Below, one piece after another: positions 27,450 to 38,740 of a stretch of DNA of 64,000 bases (positions within the stretch are counted from its first letter, which is position 1; the number at the start of each line of letters is the position of its first letter). Both the position numbers and the translations under genes were made by a program. The notes below the pieces were generated by a model that did not search any database, had not been told where the DNA came from, and saw only the letters and a list, made by a program, of their open reading frames with translations. The stretch lies in NCBI RefSeq assembly GCF_036321535.1, contig NC_087436.1:70992001-71056000 (forward strand), in the 5' to 3' direction. Origin of the DNA: Camelus dromedarius (Eukaryota).

Positions 27450-28140
27450 ACTTTATTGTTAAATTTTCAAATCTACAGAGAAACTGAAAGACTAATACAA
27501 AGAACATTTGCATATCTTTCACACAAATGCACTCACAGTTTACTAATTTGCCACAGTCTTACTCTCTCTACACCCAACCCCCCTCCCCATTTTTGATTGG
27601 ATCATTTGAACTTGCGTAGCTGACCTCATGATACTTCATCTTCAGTCATTTATTAGAAGTGTAGCAGCTTTCTAAATTAACTTAAAATTATGACTAATGC
27701 AGAAATATATACAATCCACACTTAGATTTCCCCCAACTGCACAACACATTTTAATGTTTATCATTCATTCTTTGCTTTGTTTAGTCATTTATTTTAGGTA
27801 ATAATATCCATAAGCTCTAATGGTTCCTGCACAACTCTTAGGTGTTTAAGTTTATTTAGTCTCTTTTAATGTATAACAGTAGAAAATCCTCAATCAGCTT
27901 TTCTTTTTGTTTTTTTGTTTGTTTATGGTATTGAGTGTTTTAAAGGATTTCAGGCCAGTTTTTTTTTAATATGCAATATTCTGGATGAGTCTGATAACCC
28001 GTCATTATTAGATGAAGCCTAGACACAGTTTGGCAAAGACACCACATGAGTGACATTGTCTACTATTGCATCACATCAGGAGGAGAAAATTGTCAGATGG
28101 TCTTACTGCTTGTGTTGCTAAGGTTGACGACTGTTTAAGT
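27450..28140 (-). mobile_element. Old L1 3' end (L1MC4/5 or L1ME-like)
   Basis: aaattttcaaatctacagagaaactgaaagactaataca...attgcatcacatcaggagg. Confidence 0.65.
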
Positions 28141-28559
28141 AGAAGAAAGTATAATTTACAAATTTCCACTTATTTTGTGCTGTGTAAAGTATACCAAGTG
28201 AAGACATTTTAAAAAGAATGGTATAGAATATATTATTAGGTTTCCCTATTTCATTGTGAAGCACATCAACTTAGACCTAATTCATATTTTTAATCTGAAT
28301 ATTAGTTATTCAGCAGGGGTTTGAGTCCTCAGAAATGTCTGCCAAATAACTCAGCTTTTAGGTTGTGCATTCATTTCAGTTGACATTATGAACTACTTAC
28401 TCTTTGAGTTATGGATTGAAAATAGTTCTTCCAGTGTTGATATAAAAAATAATTCCTTGCCTGTCTACCTCTGAACTATTTATAAAAATAATTTTATATA
28501 TATTTTTCACTTGTGTTTACACAGTGAAGAAAACATTTTTTAAAGATTTAGTTGTTTCT

Positions 28560-28868
28560 CCTATTCATTTATTTCCAACTAATTACCCAGTAGCTACCAG
28601 GTGCTTGGCTATAGTTGAATAGGCAAGAAGAAGACAAGTTGTTCTATGGTGCTTACATTTTCATGAGAGACAAATGACAGATATTTACTTACATTAAAAC
28701 ATACCAGATAGGAACCATTACATTAGAAAAGTGGGTATAAAGAGAATGATTGAAAATGAAAGGACACTGTATACTAGGTGACCAGGGAAGGCTTCTCTGC
28801 TAACGACACTTTAGCAGAAACCAATGAAGTGAAAGAGTGAAAACATGAATTGATTTGGGGGGACAGTA
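28560..28868 (-). mobile_element. L2 3' fragment
   Basis: gtgcttacattttcatgagagacaaatgacag...ggtgaccagggaaggcttctctgctaacgacactttagcag. Confidence 0.7.
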
Positions 28869-29340
28869 CTTAAGACAAATGGGAGAGCAAGCTTTTCTTG
28901 AAATTCTGCTTTTTACAACAGATTGTGTGAGTTTCTTTGCCTTTAAGTGTTCTGTATTTGTTCTTGAAATCTTTTGTCACTTTGGTTAAGTGAATACATA
29001 TTGTTTCATGGTGACCTATATGACAAGTTTTGAAACCTTTCTGATATTTTTCATAGACGTTCCCAAATATCAAATTCTAATTTAAGTTCTTTGACCTCCA
29101 GCTAACTCTAGGATGCTTCAAAGAAATCCCAAGGCATCCCAGAGAGGAATTTTATATGAATTAGGCTTGTTTGGTATGTTAAATTATAGATACTCCAAAA
29201 TTTATATGGAATGCCTAAAAACCTGATATGCCCTGGTATAATGTTCTCTTAAAGTGTTGTATGTCACAGAACTGTCTAAGTTTCTTGTCAACTGCATTGT
29301 AATCAGATCTTTAACCATACCATTTCAAGTCTGTTGTCAC

Positions 29341-29828
29341 TGCTAACTAAAAATTAGCACTCACCATCTGCCTCTACAAGGATTGGATCATGTTGGCACT
29401 TGCCATCTAAATCATGAGCCACTGCAGCCGCTGACCTCCAACACATCCTGAAAAGCATTCAGGATGGAGGTCAGGAATGAAGCACTCTGTGCTCCAGGAA
29501 AACTGCCTGAATAGGCCTTTAGATATTTTCAGGAGAAGATTTTATGACCCCAATTCTTGCATCTCTTCATATCTAGAAAAGCACTAAAATCATTCACAGT
29601 GACATCTGCTCCTCGTGACCAGCAGCAAGCCCCTGCCTAAATGTGTGCTTGACTGCACGCACCCCCTTCACTGAAGTCATATACATAATACTGAGTTCTC
29701 CTCCTGTCTCTTTGGAACAGTTTCCCAAAGCTCTCTGGGATGCTGTCTCCTGGGCTGTCGTCCTCACTTTGCCCCCAATAAAACTTAGCCCACAACTTTC
29801 ACGTTGTGTGATTTTATTTCAGTTGACA
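29341..29828 (+). repeat. 5' LTR of inner provirus
   Basis: TG...CA termini (tgctaac...gttgaca), AATAAA at 29777-29782, homologous to 36244-36665. Confidence 0.95.
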
Positions 29829-29832
29829 GTTT

Positions 29833-29852
29833 TGGCAACCCCACAAAGGGAC
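29833..29852 (+). promoter_or_regulatory. Primer-binding site, tRNA-Arg-like
   Basis: tggcaaccccacaaagggac just after the LTR resembles the Arg PBS TGGCGACCACGAAGGGAC, with CpG decay and a 2-nt insertion. Confidence 0.7.
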
Positions 29853-30237
29853 CCAGAGCAGACTTCTCTCCTTCGCCTGAACTCTATGAGGAACCAGAGA
29901 CTTGACCAGCAGAGGCCCTTTGTGCCCATCTGCCTCCTCGGGGAGTCCTGACAAATTTGGGTGAGTCTCTCCTGGTTCTCAGATCTCCCAGATTGGTTGA
30001 TAATCCTGAGTTTTATTTGGTGGTGTATCTAGGTACCTGGCCCTGCAGTTGAGAGATACTGGGGGGAAATACCCACCTAGAGAGGATGTCCTCGGTGGGG
30101 CCCGGTTGAAAGATACCAGGGCCTGGACTGAGTGGTCAGCTAAGAGGCGGAGCTGACGCTTTCCCTCAAGTTGGCTACCTCAATAGACTTTGTCAGGAAA
30201 GAAGTGAAATTTTATCCCTGACAAATTCAACTTTAAA

Positions 30238-31480
30238 ATGAGAAATAGTCTTTCAAAAAGAGAAATGAAGGGCGTCCGAAAACCAACCTCCATCTAACAC
30301 CCCAGCCAAGATTCAAGTACAGAGCTCATGCTTGCAAGCACCTAATTAATTGGGGAAATTATACTAAAGGAAATCTCAATCTACAATGGCCAAATTGGGG
30401 TTCTTTTGACATTTCAAAACTAATATTTTTTGTGTGCATAGTTAGAAAAAGCTGGCCCTAACATCAAACAGACTGATTGGTATTTAGAAGCTTCTAAAAG
30501 AAATGATAAAGTAACTTCTTTGCAGGAAACCAACAAAGAATTGCTTGAAACTATATCAGAACTAAAAAAAGCCACTGGCACTGACACTGTCTCTCCCTCT
30601 GCTCCTCTATGTATCCTTCTATCTGAATTGCCTGGTCCACTCTTTCTCTTCTGTCTTTTCCACCTCCTGCTGTTCCCTCTTCCCTGGTAAAGGAGGATTA
30701 AAAAATCTGGTGGTTATAGTTCTCCTTAAGGAAAAATCTATTACAGGGAGAGGTGAACCGTCCTCGGTGCTTATGTATAAACCTAGGACATGAGCAGAAC
30801 TTAGAGCCTTGGCCAAGGAATTTCCCAATCCAAATCAGGATCCACTGGGATTTGCTAAGGAGTTTGCGTTAACCATCCAAACCTACAACCCTGGGTTTTC
30901 AGATCTGTATCGATTAGATTCTGAAAGCAAACCAAGGGAATGGGCAGAGAAAGCAGGTTGAAAATGACCTCTAATGGACTTTGAATTACATAGTCCACAG
31001 GCTTGCACTGAATGCAAAGAATTAACTGAAAAATTGCTCAAATTTATCCCAGAGCTTTTTCTAAAAACTGTAGACTGGACAGAGATTTAGCAGTGCGAGC
31101 AAAGACCTGATGAACCAATTCCAGACTATTATGAAAGGTTTAAAAAAAACCCAAAAACTTAATATTCTGGCTTGACACCTCAATCATTCTCTAATTACCA
31201 AAATGATCCTTTAACTCTGCCTTTTGAGAAGGCTTAGATAAAGAATTGACTACTGCTGTCAAACAACAATCTAGCTTGGTCCTCATTACCTATAAATGGC
31301 CTTGTTACACTGGCCGATCAACTTTTAAGACTATTAAAAAGAAAGAAAAGGGGTTATTGTGCTAATTAAGTACTCAGTGCCAGTCAAAGGCTGACCCATC
31401 CCCATTCAAAGTCACTTTTACTGCAGAAAACCAGAGTATCAAAAAATAAATGGTAAGTTAAGAAGGAGAAGCCTAGAAGG
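30238..31480 (+). pseudogene. gag: Degraded gamma-like gag
   Basis: MA motif WGNYTKGNLNLQWPNWGSFD; CA motif AELRALAKEFPNPNQDPLGFAKEFALTIQTYNPGFSDLY; major homology region VDWTEI*QCEQRPDEPIPDYYERF; many stops and frameshifts. Confidence 0.9.
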
Positions 31481-31599
31481 AAAGCTGGATTTTAGACCAG
31501 AATTATGAGTTAAACAAGAACAGGGCTGCTGCAGGGGAACATGGGGAGGCTTTCCACTTCCCCTAACACCCTGGACATAGAAATGATTATGCAAGGAGA

Positions 31600-32200
31600 A
31601 ACAATTAAAGGACCCCTGCTTCAGAGTAATTCCTCAGTGCAGATGGTAGGGGCTCCTATTAAGGCTTTTAAATCATTACCTTAGAATGCTACTTAGGGGA
31701 ACATAAAGGCACTTCCTTTTTTTTCTAGTAGAAAATGCCCCTATTCACCTGATAGGCCAAGATCTATTGGAAACTTATGAAGTCCATATTTCCTTTACTC
31801 TTAAGGGAGAAATGTCACATAATGTTTGTGACCCATGATGAGGATGACACTGAACAAGACAAATTGCTAGGCTTAATACCTAAAGAATTATGGGCACTTG
31901 ATTCTACTGACATTGGAAGAATGAATACATTCTGCATCACCCATTAAAATACTCCTTATCATTCTGTAGTGCCAAACCCCCATACCTTACTGTCCATATT
32001 CCTAAAAATGGTGACTTTTCTGTGATAGAGCTCTGGAGCACTTTTTTTTTCCCTAGTATTCCTGTACATCCAGATGATTAGAATTTTTTTGCCTTTACCT
32101 GGAATGAGAGGTAATATATGTGGACTGTAATCCCACAGGGTTATACTGAAAGCCCCACTTACTTCTCCCAGACACTAAAGAAGACCTAGAAAATCTCAGA
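31600..32200 (+). pseudogene. pol: Degraded protease C-terminal half and RT N-terminal fragment
   Basis: ENAPIHLIGQDLLE (LLGRDLL motif); VVPNPHTLL; SIPVHPDD; FAFTWNER*YMWTVIPQGYTESPTYFSQ. Truncated before YxDD. Confidence 0.9.
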
Positions 32201-34934
32201 ATTCTGACACTAAGGGAACAAGTCCTTCTAGGAAAACTTGCTTTTCTCTCCCTGTGCTTTAACACCAGGCTCTCAGGACCATTTATCTTATCTAGACCAT
32301 CTCTAATTCCTGAGATTGTAGGAAAGAAAAAAAAAAAGAGGGGGTAAAGGAAACAAAGCCTTTTAAATTTAGTTTGTTTCAACTGTTAAAACTAGTGAGT
32401 TTTATATTGTCATACCTGATTCACGACAAGTTTAGAAAATGAAACATACCTGGTGGTTGTCTGTATGTCTATATGTATATTACATGTGTCTTTACCTTTG
32501 GATGGTATTATCAAAATTAATTTGTAATTGAACTCTACTTAATTGGCCTAAAGGAAATTAAGCGCTTATATAAATTCTCAGAAATATAAAAGAAAACTGG
32601 CCAGAATGAATTTCAGGTTCACATGAACAGTCAAATATTCAATATTAATGCCTGGTATTAAAGTTTACTGATTTAATTAATATAGGCATGTCTTTAAAGT
32701 CATCAACATTAAGTATAATACCTTTCTTGTCAGCAAGAAAAATAACTTGGTATGGTAAATTTTTTAAAAATAAATTGAATGCAGATGAGGTAAGAGCCTT
32801 TGGATGAATTCTTTAGGAGTAATATATTTTAGAAATGTCTACTTAAAGATAATTTCTCCAGATATTTGGTAACTTAAAATTTTGAGTTGTGCTAAATTAA
32901 GTTAAATGATGAAAGTTTATTGAATAGCTAGGTCATCCTCAACTATAGTAAAATACTGAAACATTAATTACTGAATATCGGCTTCCTTTTGCAGAGAAAC
33001 TAAAGGTATTTAGTACTGCTAACAAATATTTTTAGTGCCAAAATGAGATATTTTCTATAAGAAAGCACATGGTTTTTTAGAAATTATTATTGATATTTGT
33101 TTGCCAATCTTCAGAATACTAATGTAAAAGACAATTCATAATTGCTTCTTAGTTTAATAGAAATTGAGGTTTTTAAAAGTTGAGGATTCTATTTTAAAAA
33201 TTTAATCAAAGTTACTGGGGAAAATAAAGGAAATATTTTGGTATACAGCAGGAAAGTAGATATATGATTCAGCAAAGAAGAATGGAATTGCATTTTAAGT
33301 GAAAATAAATGTAGGTTTTTCCTATAGCTGGTTGTTTCTGGATGAAAAAATATATAAGGGGCAAACTAATATGGATACAGAAAATGATGAAAAGTTTGTG
33401 GAAAAGGAACCCTAAGAAAAGAGCTTTGTGCATGATCAGGATTGGTTAATTTAGGTTTAATTTAAATAAGTAAATGGATTTGGCTGTTAAAAGTAAGCTG
33501 ATACAAAACTTGAATTTAATTTTTCTTGGACATTTTTCTTAAAATGTTGACCTATTTTTGATGAGAGTATAAAGTTTCTTTTACCTTCAATCATAAATCT
33601 GTTATACATTTCCATATTTGCCTTTGAAATGTTTTATTATCACTTTGGTTAAGTGAGTACGTATTGTTTCACAGTGACCTATGATCCTATCTGATCAAAT
33701 GTCTTAAAACTTCGATATTTTTTGACAAAATTCCCAAATCAAATTTTAATGAAGTTTCTTTGACCTCTGGCTAACTTTGGGATGCTTCAGAGGGCCCCGA
33801 AACATCCCCAAAAGAGATATTAAACTAATTGTGTTCATTTGGAATGTTAAATTTCATGGGAAGTACTGTCAAATAAGTAATTGTCTTAGGTTGTATTAGG
33901 AAAAATATTAATAATGTAGATATTCTAGAAATTATATGGAATTCTTTTTTAAAAATCTGGTATATCCTGATAAAATGCTACCAACCATAATTCTAGTTAT
34001 CTTAAAATGTTGTACATTACAGCAGTACCTAAGTTTCTTGTCAGCTGCATTATAATAAGGTTTTAAAACTGTGCCTTAAGTTTTTTACCATTCTATAGAT
34101 AGTTATGGCTTACTCTGATGCCATTGCAAAATGCCTCCTCTTCAAGAAGGTTTACAGAAAGACTTCTTTGATACGTAAAGGTTTCTGATAACTTTCAGAC
34201 TATAATGTTGAACTGGGTACGAAATTTAAAAATTCTAATGGAAAACCTGATGGTTTCATAAAACCATTAACAAAAAGGATTAGTTACATAGGACTGAGTG
34301 AACTGGTGAATAAATGGTTATGATTTTTATGCTTCCTGTCCAAAATATTACTAGCTTTTAATCTATTTTCCAGATATAAAGAAACCCTTCTCCTTAAGCA
34401 ATTTGGTAAATTATACCTACATAAGCAGACTTAGAACAGTTACCTTTTCTATCTGATCCCTCCAGAGATGGGAAACTCTTAGGCTCCCCAGTGGCTTTAT
34501 CAGATAAATTAGGAAGACCATCTCCTAGCAGGTATAGGAATCTCAAGGTATTTTGGGGATCTTAAAAAAAGAAGAATTCACCTAAATCTGTAAGGCAAAA
34601 TCTGTCACAAATCCTTGACCTGGCTTTCCTGGCCCTAGGCAACCCTTATGAAAAGTTCTGGCACAGCCAATTTAAAAAGCCTGTATGATCAAATAATCAG
34701 ACTTAATTTGCAGACAGATTAATCTTGATTTGGCTATATTTGATAAAAATGAGGGTAACTTTAGAGAGGAAAAGATTATGTTTCAGTGGATATTAAATTC
34801 TAGTTTTGTTAATGGAGGTCTGTATTTATATCCTAAGACTCACTTCCCAGATAGTTCCTTGTTGTTATAATATTGCAAAGCTTAATTGAATTATTAAAAG
34901 GACACTCTAAGTCTTTGGATGAAGAGCTGATGCC

Positions 34935-35095
34935 CCGTGACCTGTAACCAGGAGATTACGCATACCGGAAAAGACAATTTAAGGACTATCTCGAACCAAG
35001 ATGGAAGGACCTTTGTCAGGTACTCTTAACTAGTTCATGCACAATACACTGAAGGGAATTAACTCTTGGGTTAATATTCCCACTTACAAAGGGCC
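34935..35095 (+). pseudogene. pol: Integrase C-terminal (GPY/F) fragment
   Basis: DL*PGDYAYRKRQFKDYLEPRWKDLCQVLLT...LKGINSWV resembles the IN tail L.PGD.V...L.PRWKGPYQVLLT. Confidence 0.85.
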
Positions 35096-35269
35096 TTTGC
35101 AATGGACCAGCCTATAGAGAGGACTGCAGACCTTAAAATCACCTTAAAACAATGCTCAAAGTAGGAGCTACCAGACCAGGATGAGAAGACGACATCTGAA
35201 GTAGACAGCTGACCCAAGACACCAGACCAGGCCTGTACACCAATTACTTTGATAACTGCTCACACTTTC

Positions 35270-35970
35270 ACTTATGAACTAAGTGTATTTCACAACCTTA
35301 TGTAGAGTTAAAGTTAATCCAATTGTTAGGTTTATGGTCAGTTACCCATACCCAGTACTTCTGGGTTACCTTCGTAGGCTTCCCCACTCTAAGGTTCTAA
35401 CTAGACAGTCCTTAGAAAATTTATTCTAGAAGAAAGAAATATTAATATTACCAGGTGGAATCCCCTCACCTGGCCAATTAATAATACCTGCCCTGACCCT
35501 GGCCATAAATATGAATTTTCTTATAAGGTACCCAAGCCCATTCAAGGCAACAAGCGTTTCAGCCAAAGAATATGTAAGTTCCCTCCTTTATGGGAAGGAC
35601 CTATATGGTTAACACCAGGTTATGGTCATTCAAATTTATGTTGGGAAAAATCAAACTATGCCAAGGATAACCAACCTAATAACACTAGGAAATTTGGCTG
35701 GGTGCCTTAGGAGCAATGCCTACATAACATCTTCTTTAACGATAAGGTTTGGTACAGAACAGCAAAGTCAGATGACCTGGGGATACACTGGGCCATACCT
35801 AATGGAAGTTCTTGGCTTTAAATTCTTACTTATGACCTTACTAATACTGCTAACTATTATTTATATTTTGCCTGTTTTACAAAATTGTTTCTTGCATTAC
35901 CAAATGTGTGACTGAGGCTCTGATAAAATAATGACTAGGCAAATTGAAACAGTAGACCAGATATATACTT
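35270..35970 (+). pseudogene. env: Internally deleted env remnant, ERVPABLB-1/HERV-R(b)-like SU plus TM anchor
   Basis: NC*VYGQLPIPSTSGLPS*ASPL*G; WPINNTCPDPGH (35471); WEGPIWLTPGYGHSNLCWEKSNYAKDNQPNNTRKFGWVP*EQC (35591); IHWAIPNG; then hydrophobic anchor LGFKFLLMTLLILLTII. Confidence 0.8.
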
Positions 35971-36243
35971 CCGTATGAGACCAATGGATGTTACAGTGCA
36001 AGTCTAGACATGGGAAGAAGCCACATGAGGGAATATTTTCCTGGACCATAACAGACTAGTGAGACAGGTGGTCCAGAGACTTTTTGCTACTGTTAATGAG
36101 GCCTACTCCTGTAACAGCACACTGAGTGGCCTGTCAATGAAATCCTCGCCTGACCCAGGAATAAGCATTCCTAGCACTGTGGGACAAAATGGTCATGAGA
36201 TGTCTTCCAAACTATGGTCAAATCTATGGCCATGAGGGGGCCC

Positions 36244-36665
36244 TGCTAACGAAACCTGGCACTTGCCATCTAACTTCGCGTGGATTAAATCACGAGCGGC
36301 TGCAGCCGAAGACCTCCAGCACACCCTGAAAGGAGTTCAGGGTCGAGGTCAGGAATGAGGCACTCTGTGCTCTGGGAAAACTGGCTGAACAGGACTTCAG
36401 ATAGGTATTTTCAGAAGATTTTATGACCAGCAATTCTTGCATCTCCTCATATCTAGAAAAGCACTGAAACCATGAATGGTGACGTCTGCTCCTCATGCCC
36501 AGCAGCAAGTCTCTGCCTAGATGTGTTCTTGACTGCAATATAATACAGAGTTCTCCCCCACCTCTTTGGAGCAGTTTCTCAGAGCTCTCTGGGATGCTGT
36601 CTCCCGGGCTGCAGTCCTCACTTTGCCCACAGCTCTCACGTTGTGTGATTTTACTTCAATCAATG
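36244..36665 (+). repeat. 3' LTR of inner provirus
   Basis: Starts tgctaac after the PPT; 14 mismatches over an ungapped 107-nt block versus the 5' LTR (29551-29657 vs 36431-36537, hand count). Confidence 0.95.
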
Positions 36666-36769
36666 TCATAGACAGACTGTTTTACTCTTATGCTTTTATA
36701 AAGTGAAGATCTTCAAGAAGATTCATAAAATGGACTCTAACAAATTTTCTGATTAGTTTGAGATCCTCC

Positions 36770-37347
36770 TGAAGGAGTCAGAAATTGGCTTCCCTGACAT
36801 TAAGGCAGCTTTAAGAATTTATGGTGATTAATTAACTTGTTTCCTTTAAGTTACTTCTAATTGACTAACTTCTTTTTCTCCTTCCTATCAATCATTTAAT
36901 TTGCCTGAATGACTACATGCTTAGCAACCCTAACCCTATGATTTACGCCGTACCCTAAATAACTTACACCAAGTTATTTTCCCAAAAGGTCATGGAACAA
37001 TAACCCTGAAGTAATGGCCAGACCCTCCAGCCCCTGTGACACCAGAGGGATCAGACCAGATAACGCCAAGGCCTTGGGCAACGACCTGCGTGACTGATCA
37101 GCAAAAGTCCCCATGACACAAGATGAAAAGACGCTGTGGTTCCTTATCACTGACATGCTCCATCCTGTTTGCCTATATAATCACCAAGCCCCAACCCCAA
37201 GATGGGCTCCCAGTCTTTAAGGCATGAGCCTGCTGTGGCTCCCTTTGCTGGGCAAAGCAGTAAAACTGCTCTTTTCTTTGCTCTCAAAACTCTGCCTCCA
37301 AGTTTGAATTTGCTTTTTGGGTTACAGAGGCTGATTTTTCAGTAACA
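36770..37347 (+). mobile_element. ERV1 solo LTR inserted in the outer provirus
   Basis: tgaagga...gtaaca termini, TATA-like tatataa near 37174, gcctgctgtggctccctttgctgggcaaagcagtaaa; homologous to 41329-41914; outer ERV sequence resumes after it. No clean TSD seen. Confidence 0.85.
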
Positions 37348-37746
37348 ATATCACTGAACTGGGTAAGAAATGACAAACTCAAATAAAAAACCTGAAGATT
37401 TCATCCAGATCAACTGGCATTAATTACATAGGACTGAATGAACTGATAAATATAATTTTATGGCTTTTCCTAAAATACACTGGCTTTTAATCTTTATTTC
37501 CCAGAAAAAACAAAACCTTGCCTCTTATGCTGTGACCAACAAGTTGATAAATATTTCATCTTCATTTATGAAAGTATACTTCATCTTTTTCTCTCTACCT
37601 GATCCTTCCAGAATTCGGCCTCTCCAGCTGGATCGCCTGTGGACTTGATGCTTTATTGTGACTAGATTACAACCATTTATACTGATCATTGTTTTAATTT
37701 GACCTCTTTGTTTTCAAATTGTTTATGCTTTCAATCTCTATACTAT

Positions 37747-38342
37747 TGAGACAAGAGGGAAGGGGGCAGGGCACAACCATTCAAGGAATGACACAGCAAT
37801 TAACATCAAAATGGTGGAAGATTCAACTCCCAGTAGGCAGGAGATTTGACTTCTACTAGACCTTGAGCTTCATTATACACTCATTGTAATATATTAGCAT
37901 AGTAAATGACACTCCCACAGGCTATGACAGCTTTGAGCCTAACCATAAATGTTCAAAGAGTGGGCAGCGGCCCAATTCCTAGGAATCCCAGCCCCTTCCC
38001 AGTGTAGCCCGTAAAAACGAGCACCACCACGCCTCACAGCCACTCTTGCTCCCTCGTGCCCAGAGGCAGCCCACACTCTGTCTATGGAGTGTGCTATCTA
38101 CTTTTACTTTAACCTGAACACGGCAACTCCACACCTGGGGGCCTTTCTCTCACCTTCTGAAACAGCCTATACTCTATGTAGTGTGCATCTCTCTAAATAA
38201 ATCTTTATTCAACTGTGGCTCACTCCTGAATTCTTTCCTGAACGAAGCCAGGGACCCACACTTGGCAGGGCACATCCCAGGGACTCATCCAAGACCTGGG
38301 ACATGGCCCTTCTCTCGCCCCACATTTGTTTTTCCTGTATCA
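37747..38342 (+). mobile_element. MER41-like (MER41_BT-type) solo LTR inserted in the outer provirus
   Basis: Starts tgagacaagagggaagggggcagggcacaacc; contains cactcccac...tgacag, ctgtctatggagt, aataaa and tgaattctttcctg; ends gtatca; TSD ctat/cgat. Confidence 0.85.
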
Positions 38343-38740
38343 CGATGACTTTCTGAATGCTACTTGCTATATTACTTACTCTGTCTATTTTGTAAGATTG
38401 TCACTTGCATTACCCAATGTGTCAGGCCTGACAAAATTAATGATGGCTAAAAGTCTTGATGCAGTTTATCAAATATATAACTATACATAGAATAATTATA
38501 ATAGTGCAACTCTAGATATGGGAAGAAGCAAAAAGGAAAAACATTTCTTCAATCATAATAGACAAGTGATCCAGAGAATTTTAGATTATCAACAGGGCCT
38601 AATCCAAAGATTAATACATTTACTGGCCTTTAAAGAGAATCTTCACCTGATCTAGGAATGAGCCTTCCAAGCATTGTGGGACAAATTGGTCATGAAATGC
38701 TTCCCAAACATTGACTGAGTTTATAACCAAGATGAGACAC

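Larger units (their letters stand above)
29341..36665 (+). mobile_element. Inner ERV1 provirus: LTR-PBS-gag-pro-partial RT-AT-rich spacer-partial IN-partial env-LTR
   Basis: Two homologous LTRs, a PBS, a PPT-like gagggggc, a 4-bp TSD tcac/tcat (29337-29340 / 36666-36669), and retroviral protein motifs in the expected order. Confidence 0.95.

Noticed and set aside
28885..34470. Similarity between 28.9-29.3 kb and 33.5-34.1 kb as a segmental duplication or assembly error
   Set aside because: The copies are highly diverged with indels and are explained by related nested proviruses with LTRs and a TSD.
35622..35915. 97-aa ORF with a hydrophobic segment as a functional small membrane protein
   Set aside because: The N-terminal part is out of frame with the env SU motifs; only the anchor is env-derived, and the surrounding env has multiple stops.
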